Of a DNA stretch of 32,000 bases, positions 26,834 through 32,000 are shown piece by piece. Position 1 is the first letter of the stretch, and each line of letters opens with the position of its first letter. This DNA comes from a bacterium (lineage in GTDB: Bacteria > Babelota > Babeliae > Babelales > RVW-14). The position numbers were made by a program, and so were the translations under genes. Where the stretch lies: assembly GCA_016699045.1 (NCBI GenBank), contig CP064957.1:911862-943861 (forward strand), in the 5' to 3' direction. The notes below the pieces were generated by a model, which did no database searches, was not told the DNA's origin, and was given only the letters and a program-made list of their open reading frames with translations.

Positions 26834-26862
26834 AGATTAAAGTAAAAACGTGAGCAAGTCAA
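26834..26862 (-). promoter_or_regulatory. Putative promoter of the tRNA-Val/tRNA-Asn unit
   Basis: On the minus strand, TTGACT (26862-26857), a 17-nt spacer, then TAATCT (26839-26834). It lies about 60 nt upstream of the tRNA-Val 5' end. Confidence 0.35.
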
Positions 26863-26974
26863 AGTTTTTTTACCCTTTTTACTTCAATTTTTGAGGTCGA
26901 TTTAAAAACATCTTCTGACAGAGCTTTTGTCAGTAAGTGTTTTTGGTAAAAACGTATATCGCTTTTAGCGGCTA

Positions 26975-27229
26975 TCAACAAGCCTGGTTGGCTATTTCTT
27001 CCTGCTTGATAACGTGTGCCATTTTAAAGTGCGCTACTGTTTTTGCGTCAGCTATAACTACTTTGCGGCTAGGTTTGCCAGAGTGGTCAAAATACAGCCA
27101 CAATTCTATCGAATTAAATTTACTTTTTTCCAGTTCAAATTTTTCCCACAAGAATGGATTTTTTAAATCTTTTTCAATGTCAAACTCCTCCACGTGGTCA
27201 AATAATGGCCCGACTATCATACGCTGCAT
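26975..27229 (-). CDS. Hypothetical protein (84 aa), possibly the intact tail of a decayed larger gene
   Basis: Balanced charged composition (MQRMIVGPLFDHVEEFDIEKDLKNPFLWEKFELEKSKF..). The overlapping plus-strand ORF 26937..27410 is Ser/Leu-rich and looks like an antisense shadow. Confidence 0.4.
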   Translation of the reverse strand: MQRMIVGPLFDHVEEFDIEKDLKNPFLWEKFELEKSKFNSIELWLYFDHSGKPSRKVVIADAKTVAHFKMAHVIKQEEIANQAC

Positions 27230-27475
27230 TATGAAGAGCCCTGGTTCTTCTTGTTTTATGGCTCTGACTTTTGGGATATTGTTTCAGGGCCATCTTCCGG
27301 CGATATCTCGAGGTTGTAAGTCATCTTTAAATCTTTCTAATTTGAATAATTTGACACGTTTGTTTGGTTGTAAATTTCCACTTTTCAAGCAAGATCTTAA
27401 TTTGTTTTGATAGATTTTACAATGTTTAAATTGGTTTTGTTTGTATTTTTTATCTATTGATCAATCTTGTAAATG

Positions 27476-27504
27476 TTGACATTGGTTTGTATGTATGTTA
27501 ATGT
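27476..27504 (+). promoter_or_regulatory. Possible promoter upstream of the GIY-YIG gene
   Basis: TTGACA (27476-27481), a 17-nt spacer, then TAATGT (27499-27504). The -10 is weak (3 of 6). Confidence 0.3.
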
Positions 27505-27557
27505 GTTACTCGTTGATACGATTTATTTTACGCTTAAAATGTTGCCAGAGAAACGTT

Positions 27558-28154
27558 ATGACTAAGGTTATTATTTATCAAGCAAGGGCCATAAACCAAG
27601 GTTGTATCTACATTTACGTGGGGAAAACCGAGAGAACATTGGACGAAAGAAGACAAGAGCATGAGGACAAGGCACTGCGTAATAGTCCCCGTTCTTTTCC
27701 TCAGGCGATGAGAAAAATTCCTCTTGATTGTTGGGAGTGGCAAGAGTTGTTTGTCTGTGAGGCTGCTGATGCAACAGAACAAGAAAATCAAATGATTATG
27801 AAGTATCGCATTTATGAAAAAAATAATCCTAATTTCATTGTTTTAAATGATACGCCTGGTAAAAACATAAATCAGCCTGACAAAAATGATGAACCATATT
27901 ATGGCATATCGAAGGCTTGTAGACAAAAAAATTATGCTCCTAGCGAACGGGGCAAAAGATTTGCAATGATTTCAGGAAAACTTAAACCCGTAAAAAATCT
28001 TAAAACGGGGCAGGAATATCAAAGTATTGCTGAAGCAGAAAAAATTGATAAAAATTCAAAGTTATTAATAAAAAGATCTTGCGAAACGGGAAGAATGCTC
28101 AATGATGGGACTCGTTATGCGTATATCGATTTAGATATGGTGATTCAAAACTAA
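27558..28154 (+). CDS. GIY-YIG endonuclease-like protein, N-terminal part (catalytic domain plus first DNA-binding module)
   Basis: ATG at 27558 gives MTKVIIYQARAINQGCIYIYVGKTERTLDERRQEHE, matching GIY..YVG..R..EH..E and later EQENQMI (the Asn region). The first NUMOD-like module is KPVKNLKTGQEYQSIAEAEKIDKNSKLLIKRSCETGRMLNDGTRYAYID. The stop at 28152-28154 appears to result from a frameshift. Confidence 0.7.
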   Translation: MTKVIIYQARAINQGCIYIYVGKTERTLDERRQEHEDKALRNSPRSFPQAMRKIPLDCWEWQELFVCEAADATEQENQMIMKYRIYEKNNPNFIVLNDTPGKNINQPDKNDEPYYGISKACRQKNYAPSERGKRFAMISGKLKPVKNLKTGQEYQSIAEAEKIDKNSKLLIKRSCETGRMLNDGTRYAYIDLDMVIQN

Positions 28155-28492
28155 AAGAAGGACATCAATTAGATCTTTATGTTGGTAAAAGGGCGCGAAA
28201 AATCAAAGAACTAGTTAGTAGTCGCGTTTTTAATAATGCAACAGAAGCTGCTAATGAATATGATGTATCAGTTGGTATTATTCAAGCTGGGGCTATTGGA
28301 ACCCATGGCATAATAAAGAAGAAGTACGTTTTTTGCTATTTAAACGAAGACGGCACCGAGGCAAGAATCTCGGTTCATGACAAAGCTTTAGAAAAAATCA
28401 ACAGTAGAAATCATCGTAAATACGTTGTTTGGCCTGTTGATTTTTTCTACGCAGAAGCTCTTAAAGAAAAACAAGTTGGATATTTTAAAAGT

Positions 28493-29614
28493 ATGCGTGA
28501 TCTATGCGAAGAATTAAATATCAAAAATAAGACTCATGTTAAGGCAGTATGTGATGGGAAGCGATCGCACGTAGAAACTTACCGGGTTGCTTATTACGAC
28601 AATGAAAAAAATGAGCCTAGCCTAACAAAGCGGCATAATGAAAAATCTTCAAAAATTATCAGAAAAATACAATGTTTGGATGATAAAGAAATTTTTGACA
28701 ATTGCACAGAGGCTGGTAAAAAATATTCGATTGAGCCAGGTCAAATTGGATTATGTGCTCGAGGGGTATTAAAGTCAGCGCGATGGGAAAATCCGATAAC
28801 TGGCAAGAAGGAGCGATTACGTTTTGCTTATCTTGATGCTTCCGGGAAGCCAATAATAAAACAAAAACATAATGAATCATTGATGCAGAGACAAGGTATT
28901 CCAAAAATTGAGCTGACTAATCCTGCAACAATCGAGTATTTAGGTAAGAGTACCTTTGATTCTTTGGCAGAGTATTGTCGTGAAATGGGAGTTCCGGCGA
29001 AAAGAGCACGGAAATACCTAAACAATTTGATTGATAAAGATCAAATGGATGGTTGCGAATTTGTTGAAGTTGGAACTAGAGCTGTGCGTCGCAAAGAAAA
29101 AGACATGAAGAAAAAAATCAGTACTATTTTAGAGTGGCTTTGGTGGTTTATTGATTTGTTTAACAATAGGAACGCTACTAAGTCTCAGCGTTTTGAGATG
29201 AATATCAAAAATCATGGAACAATTATTGGAGATATCAATATCGGTAATAATAACGATCAAAATGTGGGATCATTAACTACGTTGAAAGATATGAAGTCGT
29301 TTGCCGCCTTGGAGCATGCCTTTTCTGAAGCTAGCGGTATTTGGATCATTGGCAGTATTTGTGATATTAAGCGCGCCAGTCAAAAGGATGCGGGTTGTTG
29401 TACGTCGATCAAAAATATTTTTAAGAACTTAACAATAAATATGGAATATGCTCAGTTAGCTAAGTTTCAAGCTATTGAAGAAAGTGCTTTGGTGGCAATC
29501 AAAAACCTTAGTGAATCTCATGATCAAGAGTCTAGAGATCATTTTTTAAAAACTTGGCGTGATCTTGCTTCGCAAATTCAGAATTTAAAAAGCGACCTTG
29601 CTATAGTTTTATAG
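28493..29614 (+). CDS. Continuation of the GIY-YIG/NUMOD-like gene (frame open from 28106) plus a C-terminal domain of unknown function
   Basis: The frame is open upstream to 28106 and encodes further modules (..IKELVSSRVFNNATEAANEYDVSVGIIQAGAIG..YVFCY; ..GYFKSMRDLCEELNIKNKTHVKAVCDGKRSHVETYRVAYYD; ..IQCLDDKEIFDNCTEAGKKYSIEPGQIGLCARGV..LRFAYLD; ..YLGKSTFDSLAEYCREMGVPAKRARKYL). From about 29100 there is a hydrophobic segment (ISTILEWLWWFIDLF) followed by about 170 aa with no recognisable motif. Confidence 0.65.
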   Translation: MRDLCEELNIKNKTHVKAVCDGKRSHVETYRVAYYDNEKNEPSLTKRHNEKSSKIIRKIQCLDDKEIFDNCTEAGKKYSIEPGQIGLCARGVLKSARWENPITGKKERLRFAYLDASGKPIIKQKHNESLMQRQGIPKIELTNPATIEYLGKSTFDSLAEYCREMGVPAKRARKYLNNLIDKDQMDGCEFVEVGTRAVRRKEKDMKKKISTILEWLWWFIDLFNNRNATKSQRFEMNIKNHGTIIGDINIGNNNDQNVGSLTTLKDMKSFAALEHAFSEASGIWIIGSICDIKRASQKDAGCCTSIKNIFKNLTINMEYAQLAKFQAIEESALVAIKNLSESHDQESRDHFLKTWRDLASQIQNLKSDLAIVL

Positions 29615-29769
29615 TGTTATAAAAAGGCCTATTCTTATTTTATTGGTGAAGGCATCACATGAACTTAATCGTTAATCAGTCGGCACAGCCTTTGCCTGTT
29701 AAATTTGCCATAAAATTCAGTCTGAATACGTATCATTTATAGAGCGCTTTGAACTGATCTATACCCCAT

Positions 29770-29798
29770 TTGAGCTGCTGCCTGCCATGTGTTATAAT
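29770..29798 (+). promoter_or_regulatory. Strong sigma70-type promoter with an extended -10
   Basis: TTGAGC (29770-29775), a 17-nt spacer ending in TGT, then TATAAT (29793-29798). It lies 44 nt upstream of the ATG at 29842, which is preceded by AAGAAGGA. Confidence 0.55.
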
Positions 29799-29841
29799 CA
29801 TGAGCTATCGTGATTTATAATTTTTAAAGAAGGATTTTTAA

Positions 29842-30845
29842 ATGAATATCATAACCAAGCTTTTATTAAGTGTGACACTTATTCTTTCAGCGACCATTAC
29901 AGAATCAAAATGTACAGCAGAACTCAATGACAAAAAAACTGCTAACGCTGAATTAGACAAGGCTTTTATTTCAGCCGTAAAAAAACATAATCTAGAAGAA
30001 ATGCAAAAGCTCATGAAAGCAGGAGCTGATGTTAATACACCAATTCCTTACGTACACACTTCGGGCGATTGTGACTGGAACGTTGAAGCTACGCCCCTCA
30101 TGTTTGCTATAAAAGATTGCCACTTAGAGATGGCAAAGATGCTCTTGCAAGTAAAAAACAAACTTTCTACCAGTATTAATTCAGCTCTGTGTGCAGCAGT
30201 AGAAGAAGGCTGCTTAGACATAGTGGAAGAACTTATAAAAGAGGGGCTGATGTTAACTATATCTCTGGCAACCCTTGGGGAGATACGCCATTAATGTTAG
30301 CCATAAGAAAAGGAAGAAGCGGCGCGCACTATTTCTTTTAAAAGCAGGCGCTCATGTTAATTATGTTAACAAAGAGGGCGATACGGCTCTTACGATAGCT
30401 CAAAGAGGATGTAGCCTTAGGACGTTGCTAGAATTTTTAAAATGCCTTGAAACGACTTCAGGCTCATTTTTGGTTTGGAGAGACCGATTAACTATGCTGA
30501 TAAAGGTGGCAAAACGGTTCTTATGAGAGCTGTAGAACAGAATAACCTCCTATGGTGCAAGAACTTTTACAATGCCCTGAAGTGACGACAGGCTCATTTT
30601 GTGGGTTTGGAACAAAGTCAATTAATTATGCTGATAAGGATGGCAATACTGCTCTTATAAGAGCTATACAAAAGGTACAGACTTCTTACGTTGCTGGTGA
30701 CAAGAGAGGGCATAAGGCTTGTGTAGATAGCCAGAAAATTATAGACATACTTTTAAATACTCCGGGCATTGACCCTCACCATGCTAACAAAAAAGGTGAG
30801 ACAGCTATAGCCTTACTTGAAAAATTAAATAAGAAATATAACTAA
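29842..30845 (+). pseudogene. Ankyrin-repeat protein gene broken by about 4 frameshifts
   Basis: Signal peptide MNIITKLLLSVTLILSATI. The ANK-like sequence continues through five frame segments:
- frame 1 to about 30245
- frame 0: ADVNYISGNPWGDTPLMLAIRKG
- frame 2: ALFLLKAGAHVNYVNKEGDTALTIAQRG
- frame 1: INYADKGGKTVLMRAVEQNN
- frame 0: MVQELLQCPEV..INYADKDGNTALIRAIQ..GETAIALLEKL. Confidence 0.75.
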
Positions 30846-31002
30846 TTAAGCATCAATTCCTGTTGTAAAATTCGCCGGCCAAAAGTGCGAAGAGAGACCA
30901 TATGTTAATTGGCAACGAAACAGGCCAAGTCTATTTTTTTGCGCTTAAAGCAGTTTTGCAAGATATTGATTTATAAAATAACGGAGTTTTAGGAATATTT
31001 TT

Positions 31003-32000
31003 ATGAACAGAAGATTAGCTAATTTTTTACATCGTTCTTTAGTAGCCTTGCTGCTTATTACCGCAGTAAAAATTTCCCCAGCAGTGGGCAAACCTACTCC
31101 CGGCAATGATGCATTCGTTAACTATGTAAACCAACTTACCTCCGGTATGAGTGGTTATGATAAGGAATGTTATTGAGCCTATCAAGTACCAGCGGATAGA
31201 GATACCCTACATAACAACTGTACCGGTTTTGAGCTGATAGACTTAATGATACATTCGTTAACTATGTAAACCAACTTGCCGCCGGTATGAGAGAGATGTT
31301 ATTGGCTATCACAGGAGAATGTTTTGCTTTGGTAAACAAAGGTACTGAAGAGCACAAATACCAGTACCTGATAGACTTAATGATACATTCTTTAACTCGG
31401 TAAACCAACTTGTAGCCGCCTGTTAGTGCACAAGTGGCTATTGGGCTGAACGGGTTATTGAAGCACTATCACGAGTACCAGCTGATAGACTTAATGATAT
31501 ATTCGTTAACTATGTAAACCACGTTGCTCCCCGCTACGTTAAGCTGGGGCTCCGTGAGCACGACCCAAAGCTTAAGAGCAGGGTTATTCAGGCGCTATCA
31601 CAGGCACCGGCTGATAGACTTAACGATACATTCGTTACCTCGGTAAACCAACTTACCGCCGGTATGGACGGCTATGATAAAGCGCTTGTTATTGAAGCCC
31701 TATCACAAGTATCAGCCGACAGACTTAGCGATACATTCGTTAACCACGTAAACCAACTTATCCCTGGCGAGTATGGCAATTATAAGGCCTTTGCTGCTGA
31801 AGCACTATCACAAGTACCAGTTGATAGACTTAATGATACGTTCGTTAACTATGTAAACCAACTTACCCCCTATAACTCCGATAAGAGAGAGATTATTAAA
31901 GCGCTATCACAAACGCCAGTTAATAGACTTAATGATATCTTTGTTAACTATGCAAAAAAACTTTCATTCGGTTGTAACACTGATGAGGCAAAGATTATTG
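31003..32000 (+). pseudogene. Tandem-repeat (~33-43 aa unit) secreted protein gene, 5' part decayed, 3' part open to the window end
   Basis: ATG at 31003 follows AGGA. Signal-like MNRRLANFLHRSLVALLLITAVKISPA and the first repeat follow, then TGA at 31174. The repeat sequence continues in other frames. One frame is open from 31427 to 32000 and encodes ..RLNDIFVNYVNHV..ALSQAPADRLNDTFVTSVNQL..EALSQVSADRLSDTFVNHVNQL.. Confidence 0.6.
31105..32000 (+). repeat. Tandem coding repeat array (8 visible units)
   Basis: The core (G/C)ATAGACTTAATGATACATTCGTTAACTATGTAAACCAACTT recurs. Its AATGAT anchor is at 31105, 31245, 31379, 31493, 31622, 31727, 31832 and 31931, giving spacings of 140, 134, 114, 129, 105, 105 and 99 nt. 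Confidence 0.85.

Noticed and set aside
26937-27410. A 157-aa plus-strand ORF.
   Set aside because: The translation is Ser/Leu/Phe/Asn-rich with no start context. It overlaps the more protein-like minus-strand ORF 26975..27229.
27230-27420. Fragments upstream of the 84-aa ORF (KILLEKWKFTTKQTCQIIQIRKI, KDDLQPRDIAGRWP, NNIPKVRAIKQEEPG in three frames) might be a decayed longer gene such as an integrase.
   Set aside because: The fragments are short and carry no recognisable motif. The reconstruction needs two arbitrary frame jumps. It cannot be supported without homology searches.
26863-31000. A tRNA-associated genomic island to the right of tRNA-Val/tRNA-Asn.
   Set aside because: The AT-rich block abuts the 5' side of the minus-strand tRNAs rather than their 3' ends. 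No integrase is visible and no duplicated tRNA 3' fragment (att repeat) was seen. It is treated as accessory DNA of unresolved origin.
31105-32000. The regularly spaced ~40-nt repeats could be a CRISPR array.
   Set aside because: Unit spacing is 99-140 nt and variable. The segments between the cores are themselves partly conserved (ALSQVP..). The 3' units keep one open frame with spacings divisible by three. No cas genes are present. This is a coding tandem repeat.

Overview
Bacterial chromosomal window. An outer-membrane-type beta-barrel gene points to a diderm. Ankyrin-repeat genes, a mitochondrial-carrier-like gene and many signal-peptide orphan proteins hint at a host- or amoeba-associated lifestyle, but that is inference only. 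All family calls come from motifs read in the translations; no searches were run.

Core genes:
- DEAD-box helicase (partial)
- polar amino-acid ABC importer (SBP, permease, ATPase)
- Nudix hydrolase, MgtE, an RluD-type synthase and TruB
- biotin carboxylase plus a BCCP-like protein
- SufS and SufU, leucyl aminopeptidase
- five tRNAs: Glu-UUC, Lys-UUU, initiator Met, Asn-GUU, Val-UAC

Accessory content:
1. An AT-rich six-gene envelope metal-handling locus at 4.8-8.2 kb. It has a MerT/MerF-like CC protein, an outer-membrane barrel, two HMA paralogs and a MauE-like protein, but no MerA, MerR or P-type ATPase.
2. An 849-bp IS5-family element inserted in a MerR/TipA-type regulator gene, with a CTAG duplication. 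In-silico excision restores a 241-codon ORF.
3. A minus-strand block encoding a mitochondrial-carrier-family-like protein, an SNase-like protein lacking catalytic residues, a Cys-nucleophile alpha/beta hydrolase and an acidic-tailed secreted protein.
4. A GIY-YIG endonuclease-like gene with five NUMOD-like modules and an unexplained C-terminal domain.
5. Ankyrin genes, one of them heavily frameshifted.
6. An uncharacterised ~33-43-aa tandem-repeat protein gene that runs off the window.

About 11-12 reading-frame breaks are visible. Nearly all are equivalent to 1-nt deletions, several in short homopolymer runs, and most fall in accessory genes, but sufS is also hit. Read-level verification is needed before calling these pseudogenes.
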